The notes: generated by a model not told the origin, from the letters alone. A stretch of DNA of 64,000 bases from Candidatus Latescibacterota bacterium (GCA_963422735.1 OY730476.1:3328001-3392000), one strand, 5' to 3'. Counted from the first letter of the stretch, positions 38,181 through 48,002 are shown. Made by a program: numbers and translations.

Positions 38181-40151
38181 TCAGATCCAGAAGACCACAT
38201 TGTCGGTCATGCCCGTAAAAAAGTCGATAATCAACCAGAGCCCCGCGATGAAAAACTGGCCTACGATTAGGCCTAAGAAGAAGGGACGCGCCCGGCGAAA
38301 AAGGCTAGGCCCGCCGTATTTCATCGCCACTAACTTTAAGAGCCAAGCGAGGGCAATGCTAAACCACAACTGGTCCATTAGCCATACGGCACCAATGGGG
38401 TATCCGATGGGATGCAGAGGCCACCACAAGAGCCGCTGGCGCGCCCACATAAGCAGGGCCATGATGCCCCCGCCGCCAAAAGTGTGAATCCAGCCATCGA
38501 TGTTCGGCTCGGTGGGTGCGCTTAACTTGGTGGTAATATAATCAAAAGGGGCGCGAGTTCCACCACCAAAAAACCACCCGTTGAGATTGATGCCGCCGTA
38601 TTCGTAGGCGAGGTACAAAATTGCTGCGACCGAGCCGACAATGCTGACAAAAATCGCCAGCAGCATGTACCAAAAAAGCGGACGCAGCCGCGGCCCTAAC
38701 TCCTCGCCCAATTTGAGACCGTGCGCGCAGGAAGCCATGACAAACGTGCGGATGTCCGCCGCCCACACATAGGTGTAGGCGAGGCCCACCATGCCCGCCG
38801 GGCCGATCGCCGAAGAACCTACGGCTGAGACCAAGGCCGACGAAGAAATCATCGGCCCGACCGCCGCTGCCACGCCCCCCTCTGCTACCACTCGTGTCAA
38901 GCCGACGAAGATAAGAATGGCCAGCATCAGGGTCAAAAAGGCCGCCCACAGCGGCAAACCGGACTGCCACAACCAGGTGGTCATCACCGCGACTCCGGCG
39001 AGCCAAGTTAAGACCGCCGCCCGATAGGAGAGCATCTCACCACTGTCGTCGATGCGGTTGTCACCCGTGAGGGCCTTGCGCAGCACGTCGCGCAGGTGTT
39101 CGCGGCCGACCCATAGGCCGAAGAACACTAAAACGATCATCGCCCCCTGCCCTTGGTGGGCGAGAATTGGCTCGCTAGGAGCGCCGTAAATGCCCAGCTT
39201 TTCGGTGCTGCCAACCCCTAAAACCCCCAGCCCCCCTCGGATCAGCTTGGCGATGGTGTTGAAAAACCACAGGCTGAAGGCGATGTCGAGGTTGATTAGA
39301 TAGGCGAACCCCACCATGGGAAAGCTCAGGCGGAATATCAGGCTGATGGTGTTGCGCAGAATCGGGACGGAGGAGACGAGCTGGATAGCGGGGATGAAGT
39401 TGAAGTACGCGTGTAGGGCGTTGAGGCTGCTGACGAGGGCGGGCAGGGCAAAGCCGATCCACATGATCGGGTTTTTGAAGAAAGGACCTAGAGCCTGTCC
39501 ACGGCCCCCACTCTCCACCATGGCCAAGGGAACTTGCACCAGCGGGTAAACTAGCCGCTCCCGCTCCACCCACTGGCGGCGCAGAATGACCATAGACGAG
39601 ATCATAACCAAGTACAGAGCCACGATTAGCACAGCCCAATAGCACAGCGGGCCGACCCAGACAGCCCAAGGTACCCCAGCGGTGCGCGGTGCCCCTTCGT
39701 AAAACCACTTGATCGCCTCGGGATCCTGCGGCGCGATCCAGTCGGGAAGGTGCGGCAGGATGTGCAAGGCCCACTCGTTTTCTGGGGTGGCGTAGTACTG
39801 GGCACCGGTGATGATCGTCAGCCAGTATTCGCTGAGGCCCATCGTGGGGATGGCCGAGGCCGTGAGCATCATAATGTACGCGACGATTAGCTCGCAGCGC
39901 CCGAGGGCCACAGGAACAATGAGGCGGGTCAACAAGGCGTTGAACAAGCCCGTTAGCACGAAGAAGAAGAATAGGGCACCCGCCGCGCTGAAATCAATCG
40001 ACATGTAGGAGCCGCGGATGACCATGTTGCCGTAAGGTGCTCCCACGGCGATGCACAGCGACCCTAGGGTGCCTGCCACCAGCGCTTTGGCGCTGAAGAC
40101 CGGCTCGGCTCGTATTGGGGCCTGAAGGGTAGGCTCTTTCGGGAAATCCAT
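38181..40151 (-). CDS. DUF6785/DUF6784-type multipass membrane protein (OPT-like)
   Basis: LRRQWVERERLVYPLVQVP, WWPLHPIGY, RPFFLGLIVG. Confidence 0.78.
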   Translation of the reverse strand: MDFPKEPTLQAPIRAEPVFSAKALVAGTLGSLCIAVGAPYGNMVIRGSYMSIDFSAAGALFFFFVLTGLFNALLTRLIVPVALGRCELIVAYIMMLTASAIPTMGLSEYWLTIITGAQYYATPENEWALHILPHLPDWIAPQDPEAIKWFYEGAPRTAGVPWAVWVGPLCYWAVLIVALYLVMISSMVILRRQWVERERLVYPLVQVPLAMVESGGRGQALGPFFKNPIMWIGFALPALVSSLNALHAYFNFIPAIQLVSSVPILRNTISLIFRLSFPMVGFAYLINLDIAFSLWFFNTIAKLIRGGLGVLGVGSTEKLGIYGAPSEPILAHQGQGAMIVLVFFGLWVGREHLRDVLRKALTGDNRIDDSGEMLSYRAAVLTWLAGVAVMTTWLWQSGLPLWAAFLTLMLAILIFVGLTRVVAEGGVAAAVGPMISSSALVSAVGSSAIGPAGMVGLAYTYVWAADIRTFVMASCAHGLKLGEELGPRLRPLFWYMLLAIFVSIVGSVAAILYLAYEYGGINLNGWFFGGGTRAPFDYITTKLSAPTEPNIDGWIHTFGGGGIMALLMWARQRLLWWPLHPIGYPIGAVWLMDQLWFSIALAWLLKLVAMKYGGPSLFRRARPFFLGLIVGQFFIAGLWLIIDFFTGMTDNVVFWI

Positions 40152-40188
40152 TGAGGCGATCTAAAGAAAAGGTCTATACATTTATATA

Positions 40189-40776
40189 TTAATGGCCCTG
40201 GTCCAACCAGCCTATTTTCTCTAGTTGCTCCAAGGTCCACCAAGCTAATAGGCCGATCGCCCCCCCGCTCACCAAAGCGCTGAACAAGGCCAGCGGCAAA
40301 AGCGCGAACAGACCGCTGTGGCCGATATAGCCAGAGGCGAGAACGAGCTGGCTGAGTTGGTGCGCCAACGCGCCCCAGATGCTCAGGCCCACGACGCTGA
40401 AAAGCCGCGTTCCCATGCGGCGCACCGCAACCATGACCAGCCAGCTCGCCAAGCCAGCCCCGCCGCCGATGACAAAGGCCGGACCGGCAAATCCCCCGCT
40501 GAGCAAGCCACCAGCTACGATCTTGATGACACTAACGGCCAACGCCGGGCCGCCGCCAAAGCTCACCAGCGCGACCAAAACCGGCAGATTTCCGAGCCCC
40601 AACTTCATCCAGGGCAAGGGTTTGGGCACCAGCGATTCAAAGGCGAAGAGCACGATTGCTGCACTGGCCATAAGCCCCAAACGGGCCACGTCTCTAGGTC
40701 GCGCAAACATCAGCGAACCATCGCGTCTATGGGTGTGGCACCAGCGATTCTCAGCACTAGGCCGTTGGGCACGCAC
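40189..40776 (-). CDS. Gx transporter family protein (heptaprenyl diphosphate synthase component I / ECF S-like)
   Basis: FESLVPKPLPWMKLGLGN, GLSIWGALAHQLSQL; true start may be near 40710. Confidence 0.82.
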   Translation of the reverse strand: MRAQRPSAENRWCHTHRRDGSLMFARPRDVARLGLMASAAIVLFAFESLVPKPLPWMKLGLGNLPVLVALVSFGGGPALAVSVIKIVAGGLLSGGFAGPAFVIGGGAGLASWLVMVAVRRMGTRLFSVVGLSIWGALAHQLSQLVLASGYIGHSGLFALLPLALFSALVSGGAIGLLAWWTLEQLEKIGWLDQGH

Positions 40777-41099
40777 GCGGTCACGTCGCCCGCTCGCCGC
40801 ATCCAGCCCTGCCGCATGCAGATATTGTGAACGCAGGGTGCAGAAGTCACACGTACGCCCTTGGGGCCGATCTCGATCTCGCTCACTCCTAGAGGTCCTG
40901 CAACCGGCAAGATCCCGTAGTTAGAAAGGGCATGTGTGGCGGGCGCGGCCCCTGCCAACTCGACGATGAGCACACCGCCGGCCTCGGCCGTATAGCGACC
41001 GTAGAGTACCAGCCCGATCGCACTCAAGCCCACGACGAGCGCGAGGATTTTATCTGCTCGCGTCAACGCCGGTGCGTTTTCGGTATTTAGCCGCCACAT
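40710..41099 (-). CDS. NusG domain II-containing protein
   Basis: N-terminal TM; GPLG, SAPCVHNICMRQG..ACVPN. Confidence 0.85.
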   Translation of the reverse strand: MWRLNTENAPALTRADKILALVVGLSAIGLVLYGRYTAEAGGVLIVELAGAAPATHALSNYGILPVAGPLGVSEIEIGPKGVRVTSAPCVHNICMRQGWMRRAGDVTACVPNGLVLRIAGATPIDAMVR

Positions 41100-41227
41100 C
41101 CTGCGTCCTTTTTTTAATTTATCTTCTACCGCGTGTGCAAAAGAGTAGGAAGCTTCTGCTTGTATGTACTTATTTTTTTTCTATATACTTGTTTATATTG
41201 ACGGGCAAATAGAGAACGAAGGATCTC

Positions 41228-43417
41228 ATGGTCAAAACCACTCCCACGCCTCTTCCAGCCCTCCCGAATACCTACCTGGACGAGCTCGTTGAGCAGGGGG
41301 GCGACGAACTGCGGCTGTCAATGCTGCTGATCGAGGTCTCCTCCTGCAACGACCAAGCCGATTTCGCGCTGATCAACCGCGCCTACCACTTTGCCAAGGA
41401 GCATCACAGGGGCCAGATCCGCAAGTCCGGCGAGCCGTTCCTAGCCCACTGCGTCGAAGTAGCCCGGCTCCTCGCCCAGTTGGGCTTGGATCACACCACG
41501 GTTGCTGCCGGGCTTTTACACGACGTCATCGAAGATACACCGGCCACGTATGCAGAGGTCGCCGAACAATTTGGCGACAAGATCGCGGAACTGATCGCCG
41601 GGGTTACCAAAATTGATCAGATAACCTACGAAAGCCGCGAGGCGCGCCAAGCCGAGACCTACCGCAAGATGCTGCTCTCCATGGTCAAGGACATCCGCGT
41701 CATGCTCATCAAGCTGGCCGACCGCCTGCACAACATGCGTACGCTGCAATACCTAAGTCCCGAATCCCGTGAGCGGACCGCGAGCGAAACGCTCGAAGTG
41801 TACGCGCCGTTGGCCCATCGCTTTGGATTGGCGCGGATCCGCTGGCAACTGGAGGACCAAAGCCTCAAGTTCCTCGAACCCGAAATGTACCAAGAGCTGC
41901 GCGAAAACGTGGCCATGACGCGCCGAGAGCGCGAAGACTATATAAAGGAATTTAAGGTCCCGATTGAAGAGAGCCTGCACACCAATGGCATTAAAGCCGA
42001 GTTTACGAGCCGCGCCAAGAACTTCTACAGCATCTACAACAAAATGAAGGCGCGGGGTAAACCCTTTGAGGAAATTTACGACCTGCTAGCTGTGCGCATC
42101 ATCACCGGCACCGTGCGCGAATGCTATCAAATTCTCGGCTGGGTCCACCACATTTACACCCCCATCCCCGGGCGCATCAAAGACTATATATCGACTCCCA
42201 AGAGCAACATGTATCAGTCGCTGCACACCTCGGTGATCGGCCCTAAAGGCCAATACGTCGAAGTGCAAATCCGTACCGCGCAGATGCACCACACGGCCGA
42301 AATCGGCATCGCCGCCCACTGGCGCTACAAATCCAATGACACGGGTCCTAGCGATTTAAACCAACACATGAGTTGGTTGCACCAGGTCATCGACTGGCAA
42401 CAAGAGGCCACCGATCCGGTCGAGTTCATGGAAAACCTGAAGACCGAGCTGGCGTCTCAGGACGAGATTTTTGCTTTCACCCCCAAAGGCGACCTACACC
42501 AGTTGCCCAAGGGAGCCACGCCGATCGACTTTGCCTTTGCCATCCACACCGACATCGGGCTGCACTGCGCGACGGCCAAAGTAAACGACCAAGTTGTGCC
42601 GCTGAGCGCGGCTTTGAGCAGCGGGGAAACCGTGGAGATCGTCACGGTGTCGCAGCAAAAGCCCAAACTCGCTTGGCTGGACCAAGTCAAGACTGCCAAG
42701 GCCCGCCAAGCCATCCGTCGCTGGCTGCGGGAGGAGCAATACGACCACAACGTGCGCCTCGGCAAGGAGGCACTCGACAGGGGGTTGAAGCCCTATCGGG
42801 CCGACGACCCACCCGATCTCGATACAGTGGCGGAGGAATTCGGGTTCAGCGACGCCGAGCACCTCTACGCGGCCCTAGGCAACGGCGACCTGTCAATCGG
42901 CAAGGTCATCGGCAAAATAGCCCCGACCGAGCCCGAGCGGTGCGCGCTCCGGCCCCAAGACCGCAGGGACATCCGCATCCAAGGCCTGCAAAACCTGATG
43001 GTCCGCTTCGGCAAGTGCTGTGGTCCCATCCCGGGCGACGAGATTGTCGGCCTAGTCACTCGAGGCCGCGGCGTCACGGTCCACCGCACCGACTGCCCCA
43101 ACATCGGCTGGATTTCCGCAGAGCCAGACCGCCTGCTCGCGGTCGAGTGGGAGCTGGAGGACGAACCGGCCTTTACCGTTCAGCTACGCACCCGCAGTTG
43201 GGACCGCACGTACTTGCTCGCGGACATCGCGCGATCGATCAGCGACGCCGGCTCCAACATCCGCGACTCCACTACCCGCACCGATGGCCACATCGCCGAA
43301 CAGGACTTCTGGATCGACGTCGCCGATAGCGAGCAACTGCGCCAGACCATAGACCAAATCGAGCATATCGAGGGCGTTTTGGAAGTGCTGCGCGTGGATG
43401 AGCCTGCAAACAGTTAA
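41228..43417 (+). CDS. relA: Bifunctional (p)ppGpp synthetase/hydrolase Rel
   Basis: LHDVIED, DRLHNMRTL, RIKDY, YQSLHT, TGS and ACT domains. Confidence 0.95.
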   Translation: MVKTTPTPLPALPNTYLDELVEQGGDELRLSMLLIEVSSCNDQADFALINRAYHFAKEHHRGQIRKSGEPFLAHCVEVARLLAQLGLDHTTVAAGLLHDVIEDTPATYAEVAEQFGDKIAELIAGVTKIDQITYESREARQAETYRKMLLSMVKDIRVMLIKLADRLHNMRTLQYLSPESRERTASETLEVYAPLAHRFGLARIRWQLEDQSLKFLEPEMYQELRENVAMTRREREDYIKEFKVPIEESLHTNGIKAEFTSRAKNFYSIYNKMKARGKPFEEIYDLLAVRIITGTVRECYQILGWVHHIYTPIPGRIKDYISTPKSNMYQSLHTSVIGPKGQYVEVQIRTAQMHHTAEIGIAAHWRYKSNDTGPSDLNQHMSWLHQVIDWQQEATDPVEFMENLKTELASQDEIFAFTPKGDLHQLPKGATPIDFAFAIHTDIGLHCATAKVNDQVVPLSAALSSGETVEIVTVSQQKPKLAWLDQVKTAKARQAIRRWLREEQYDHNVRLGKEALDRGLKPYRADDPPDLDTVAEEFGFSDAEHLYAALGNGDLSIGKVIGKIAPTEPERCALRPQDRRDIRIQGLQNLMVRFGKCCGPIPGDEIVGLVTRGRGVTVHRTDCPNIGWISAEPDRLLAVEWELEDEPAFTVQLRTRSWDRTYLLADIARSISDAGSNIRDSTTRTDGHIAEQDFWIDVADSEQLRQTIDQIEHIEGVLEVLRVDEPANS

Positions 43418-43419
43418 TC

Positions 43420-44484
43420 ATGTCGGACCTGTTCCGCCCCAATATCGCCCGCCTGCGCGGGTACGTCCCCGGGGAACAGCCCCGCGAAAAGGGCTATATC
43501 AAGCTCAATACCAACGAAAACCCCTATCCGCCCTCCCCCTTAGTGCTAACGCGGCTGCGCGATGCCTGCGCGGCTGACCTGCGCCTCTATCCCGACCCGG
43601 ACGCTTGGGCCCTGCGCCGCAAGTTGGGCGAGGTATTCGCCATTGCCCCCCAACAGATTATGGCCGGCAACGGCTCGGACGAGTTGCTCAACGTCGTCAT
43701 CCGCAGCTTCGCCGGCGAGGGCGACAAGATCGCCTATCCTCATCCCACGTACGGCTACTACAAGCCGCTGATCGACATTCAGGGAGCTGAGGCAGTCCCG
43801 GTCGAGTTCGGCGAAGACTTCGCCCTGCCCGATGGTCTAGCGGTGCCCGGTGCCCGCATCACCTTTCTCGCCAATCCCAATGCTCCCTCGGGTACCCTCG
43901 TGCCCTACGACGAGATCGCCGCGCTCTGTGCGCGAGTTGACGGCGTCTTGGTCGTGGATGAAGCGTATGTCGATTTTTCTCAGGGCGGCTGCATTCAGCT
44001 CATTGAGGAACACCCCAACGCCATCGTCGTGCGCACCATGTCCAAGTCCTTTTCCCTCGCCGGCATGCGCATTGGCTTTGCCTTTGCTCCGGCCGCGCTG
44101 CTCGAGGGGATGTGGAAGGTCAAGGACCACTACAATCTCAATCGGCTGAGTTTGGTGGCCGCCGAGGCCGCTCTAGAAGATATCGACGCAATGCGCGCAA
44201 ACGCCGCCCGCGTCTGCGCGACGCGCCCGCGCCTGTGTGCTGGGCTGCGGACGTTGGGTTTTTACGTGTGGGATTCACAGGCGAATTTCGTGCTTGCCAA
44301 GCTCGGTGAACGCTGGGCCAATTGCGCCGCTGCCGAACTCTACGCACAGCTCAAGGAACGCCGGATATTGGTGCGCTATTTTGCCGCGCCGCCGCGCTTG
44401 GCCGACTGCCTGCGCATCTCGGTGGGCACGGATGCAGAGATCGCTGCGTTGCTGGCGGCCCTAAAAGAGCTATCACCCATTTAA
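43420..44484 (+). CDS. hisC: Histidinol-phosphate aminotransferase
   Basis: KLNTNENPY, GNGSDE, NPNAPSG, DEAY, RTMSKSFSLAGMRIG. Confidence 0.95.
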   Translation: MSDLFRPNIARLRGYVPGEQPREKGYIKLNTNENPYPPSPLVLTRLRDACAADLRLYPDPDAWALRRKLGEVFAIAPQQIMAGNGSDELLNVVIRSFAGEGDKIAYPHPTYGYYKPLIDIQGAEAVPVEFGEDFALPDGLAVPGARITFLANPNAPSGTLVPYDEIAALCARVDGVLVVDEAYVDFSQGGCIQLIEEHPNAIVVRTMSKSFSLAGMRIGFAFAPAALLEGMWKVKDHYNLNRLSLVAAEAALEDIDAMRANAARVCATRPRLCAGLRTLGFYVWDSQANFVLAKLGERWANCAAAELYAQLKERRILVRYFAAPPRLADCLRISVGTDAEIAALLAALKELSPI

Positions 44485-45441
44485 GCGCTCGGCAATGCGC
44501 GGGGTGCGCCCGCCGCGCTGGTGCATGCTGGCGATCATGTCTCCTAAAAAGCCGATGGAGAAGCACTGAATGCCGACGATGATCAGCAGGATGCCCAGCA
44601 TGAGCAGGGGATAGCGATTTTGAATGTTGCCGTGCTCGTAGCGCAACAAGGCCACATAGGCGCAGATGACCGATCCGCAAAGCGTGGAGCCAAGCCCCAA
44701 GCTGCCGAAGATGTGCATGGGCGTGGTCATAAAGCGCACGACAAAGGTCACGGTCAGCAGGTCTAAAAATCCGTTTAGCAACCGCTTGGCCCCGAATTTG
44801 GAATGGCCGAAGCGGCGGGGATGGTGCTGCACCGGGATCTCGCCGACTCGATAGCCCATCCAGTGGGCAACGGCGGGCAAAAACCGATACAATTCCCCGT
44901 AGAGGTAAGGCAGTGCATCTTCGGCCACCTCGCGCCGATACGCCTTGAGGCCGCAGTTGAAATCGCGCAGGCGGACCCCGGAGACCAGCGAGGTAGTCCG
45001 GTTGAACAAGCGGGAGGGAAGGGTCTTGCTCAAAGGGTCGCGGCGCTTCGCCTTCCAGCCCGAAACCAAGTCGTAATCGCGGTTTAGCTCGGCCAGCAGC
45101 CGGGGGATTTCGCAGGGGTCGTCTTGCAGGTCGGCATCCATGGTGACGATGACTTGGCCGCGCGACTGCTTGAAGCCGGCCGCGAGGGCTGCGGCCTTGC
45201 GGTAGTTGCGGCGGAAGCGCAAGGCGCACACCTGTGGATGCTGTTTAGCCAACGCTCCCAAGACTGCAAACGAGGCATCCGTGCTCCCGTCGTCCACGAA
45301 AATGGCCTCCCAAGCCCATTCAGCATCCGCGAGGGCGCTATCGATCTGGACCCACAGATGGGTCAGGCTTTCCTCTTCGTTAAAAACGGGAATGACGAGG
45401 GAGAGAAAAATCTCCCCTTCCGCTTCTTTTTCTTGGCCCAT
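44473..45441 (-). CDS. GT2 polyprenol-phosphate glycosyltransferase (ArnC/DPM-like)
   Basis: VIPVFNEEES, DDGSTD, MDADLQDDP, two C-terminal TMs. Confidence 0.9.
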   Translation of the reverse strand: MGQEKEAEGEIFLSLVIPVFNEEESLTHLWVQIDSALADAEWAWEAIFVDDGSTDASFAVLGALAKQHPQVCALRFRRNYRKAAALAAGFKQSRGQVIVTMDADLQDDPCEIPRLLAELNRDYDLVSGWKAKRRDPLSKTLPSRLFNRTTSLVSGVRLRDFNCGLKAYRREVAEDALPYLYGELYRFLPAVAHWMGYRVGEIPVQHHPRRFGHSKFGAKRLLNGFLDLLTVTFVVRFMTTPMHIFGSLGLGSTLCGSVICAYVALLRYEHGNIQNRYPLLMLGILLIIVGIQCFSIGFLGDMIASMHQRGGRTPRIAERLNG

Positions 45442-45551
45442 TATTTCCTCTCTTGCAAGCAAGTGCCCCACAATAAAACAATCGCCGATTGTCGCGCACA
45501 AACCGGCCCGATTCCCTTGACACCTGCATCTTCCCAATGGTATATACGGAC

Positions 45552-46979
45552 ATGCAGCTTCCCTTGGGTTCCCACATTCATTTGATTGCCGCTTGCGGCA
45601 CAGCCATGGGGTCTTTGGCCGGCATGCTGCGCGAGCGGGGGTATCGCGTCACCGGGTCGGATAGCCGCGTCTATCCTCCGATGAGCACCATGCTCTCGGA
45701 TTGGGGGATCGACTTGCGGGCCGGCTTCTCGGCGGACCACCTAGTGCCGGTGCCGGATTTGGTCGTAATTGGCAACGCGGTCTCGCGTGGTAACCCAGAG
45801 GCCGAGGCCGTACTCTCGCGCCGGATTCCGTACCTGTCGCTACCGGAAGTGGTGCGCGATTTCTTTATCCGCGGCAAGTGCTCGGTGGTGGTAACCGGAA
45901 CCCACGGCAAGACCACCACTACCGCGCTCATCGCCCACCTCTTCACCGCCTGCGACCTAGACCCTTCCTTTCTAGTTGCCGGGGTGCCGCAAAACTTTGA
46001 CCGTTCCTATCGGCTCGGTCAAGGCGCGTACTTCATCGTCGAAGGCGACGAATACGACAGCGCCTTCTTTGCCAAGTGGGCGAAGTTTTTCTACTACTTG
46101 CCCGATGTACTAATCGTCAACAACATCGAATACGACCACGCCGACATTTACCAAGACCTTGCCGAAATCGTCAAAACCTTCCGCCAACTCGTCAACATGG
46201 TGCCGCAAAACGGCCTGATTCTAGCCAACGCTACCGACCCCAATATCGCCGAACTCCTTCCCGACGCGCCGGCACCGGTGGAGACCTTTGGCCTTGAAGA
46301 GGGAGCATTTTGGCGCGCCACCAACCTCCAAGCCAGTGCCGAGGGTACGCGCTTCACCTTGTGCCGGGCGGGGCGAGAAGTGGGGATTTTCGACCTGTCG
46401 CTGAGCGGCGATTACAACGTCTGCAATGCGCTCGCCAGCTTGGCCGCTGGTTTCCACGCTGGCCTGACTGCCGGCGACCTGCGCGCGGCCCTGGCCAGCT
46501 TTGCCGGCGTCAAGCGCCGGCAGGAGCAGATTGGCCTCATCGACGACATTCTCCTCATCGACGACTTCGCCCACCATCCTACTGCGGTCGCCTACACCCT
46601 AGCAGGCCTGCGTCGATCCCATCCCGGACGCAGGCTCGTCGCGGTTTTCGAGCCGGCCAGCGCGACCAACGCCCGTGCTATCTTTGAGGGCCGCTATGTC
46701 GAGGCATTCGCCTTGGCCGACGCTTTCGTTGCAACCGCGGTCCCCCGTCCCGAACGCGCCCGGGACGACAAGCCTTTCTCGCCCGAGCGCTTGGTGGAGC
46801 GTCTCCGCGCCACCGGCAAGGCGGCGCACTACCTGCCCGTCGCCGAATCTATGGCCGCTTTTCTAGCCGCGGAAGCCCGCCCGGGCGATTTGGTGGTTTT
46901 TATGAGCAATGGAGGTTTCGGCGGCCTGCAACAGAAGCTGTGCGCGACACTCGCGGGGCGTACACACTGTATCGACTAG
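45552..46979 (+). CDS. mpl: Murein peptide ligase (UDP-MurNAc:tripeptide ligase)
   Basis: CGTAMGSLA, YPPMS, GTHGKTTT, EGDEYDSAFF, DDFAHHPT, MSNGGFGG. Confidence 0.92.
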   Translation: MQLPLGSHIHLIAACGTAMGSLAGMLRERGYRVTGSDSRVYPPMSTMLSDWGIDLRAGFSADHLVPVPDLVVIGNAVSRGNPEAEAVLSRRIPYLSLPEVVRDFFIRGKCSVVVTGTHGKTTTTALIAHLFTACDLDPSFLVAGVPQNFDRSYRLGQGAYFIVEGDEYDSAFFAKWAKFFYYLPDVLIVNNIEYDHADIYQDLAEIVKTFRQLVNMVPQNGLILANATDPNIAELLPDAPAPVETFGLEEGAFWRATNLQASAEGTRFTLCRAGREVGIFDLSLSGDYNVCNALASLAAGFHAGLTAGDLRAALASFAGVKRRQEQIGLIDDILLIDDFAHHPTAVAYTLAGLRRSHPGRRLVAVFEPASATNARAIFEGRYVEAFALADAFVATAVPRPERARDDKPFSPERLVERLRATGKAAHYLPVAESMAAFLAAEARPGDLVVFMSNGGFGGLQQKLCATLAGRTHCID

Positions 46980-47083
46980 GTGTCAGAACTGTTGCCGGAC
47001 CGACGCGCTGAGCGCGGAGAAGACGCGGAGTGTGAATTATATATGTATATATTTTTTAACATGTTATAAAAAGTAAAACCCCA

Positions 47084-47099
47084 AGGTACGCATATTGCA
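47084..47099 (+). promoter_or_regulatory. Putative sigma54 (-24/-12) promoter
   Basis: AGGTACGCATATTGCA (GG-N10-GC) following an AT-rich tract. Confidence 0.5.
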
Positions 47100-47144
47100 T
47101 TAAACGCATGGCAATTGCCATCTCACCCCAACCTGGAGGCTGCC

Positions 47145-47819
47145 ATGCGCCCTTTTATCGCCCTTATCTTTTTCGCTCTCGTCGCACCCCTTGCGGCCCA
47201 ACCCGGCCCGGTCGTCATCTCCGAGCTGATGTGGTCGGGCAGTACGGCATCTACGGCCGACGAGTGGATCGAACTCTACAACTCTAGCGACGCAGCGGTT
47301 GATCTAGCCGGCTGGACCCTGACCTATCGCAGCGGCAGCGAGGACAAGGCGATGTTCGTCCTCGACGCCGCTGCGATTCCCGCCGGACAGACCTTTCTCA
47401 TCGCCAACTACGCCGCCGATCACAAAAATTCCCTCCTCGCCGTCCAACCTCAGCTCGTTGACGCCGCCGTTTCGCTGCCCAACACCAAGCTGCTCTTACA
47501 GCTTTACGATGGCGACCCGCAAGCTGGGGGCCAACTCATCGACGTGGCCGACGATGGCCGCGGGGCCCCTTTCGCCGGTGATGCGGCCAACAAAAGTGCC
47601 ATGGTGCGGATTGCCTTTGACCAGCCCGGCGACCAGTCCGAAAGCTGGACGACGGCAACTGAACAAAGCGGCTGGGATGCGGGTGCCAGCGAGTTGGGCA
47701 CGCCGGGCTCCATTCCCGCGTACCTGCTCCAAGACGGAGACGAAGCACCCGACCGCGTCATGGGAACGAACATTTTACCGATGCCTTGGGCTTTAGTAAA
47801 AGAGCATCTATATCCATAG
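47145..47819 (+). CDS. Secreted lamin-tail-domain protein
   Basis: GGAGG RBS, signal peptide, VVISELMW..DEWIELYN..VDLAGWTL, GTPG. Confidence 0.85.
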   Translation: MRPFIALIFFALVAPLAAQPGPVVISELMWSGSTASTADEWIELYNSSDAAVDLAGWTLTYRSGSEDKAMFVLDAAAIPAGQTFLIANYAADHKNSLLAVQPQLVDAAVSLPNTKLLLQLYDGDPQAGGQLIDVADDGRGAPFAGDAANKSAMVRIAFDQPGDQSESWTTATEQSGWDAGASELGTPGSIPAYLLQDGDEAPDRVMGTNILPMPWALVKEHLYP

Positions 47820-47834
47820 CGAGGATTGCAGAAC

Positions 47835-47867
47835 AAAAGGCACTTACTTGTAGGTAGGTGCCTTTTT
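47835..47867 (+). terminator. Intrinsic terminator
   Basis: AAAAGGCACTTAC..GTAGGTGCCTTTTT. Confidence 0.8.
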
Positions 47868-47925
47868 GTTGTCTAAAAGAAAAAGGCCGTGGAAGCTGAG
47901 ATGCGCTTCGCACGGCCCTCGCCGA

Positions 47926-48002
47926 TGGTGGGCAATCGCAGATTTGAACTGCGGACCTCCGGTATGTGAGACCGGCGCTCTAACCAACTGAGCTAATCGC
48001 CC
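47926..48002 (-). tRNA. tRNA-Val (CAC)
   Basis: Reverse complement GGGCGATTAGCTCAGTTGGTTAGAGCGCCGGTCTCACATACCGGAGGTCCGCAGTTCAAATCTGCGATTGCCCACCA. Confidence 0.94.

Noticed and set aside
42373-43329. Long alternative-frame ORFs (e.g. 42373-43329, 48692-49837, 35593-36462, 60403-61035)
   Set aside because: They overlap well-supported genes and have Arg/Pro-rich or antisense composition typical of GC-rich shadow ORFs
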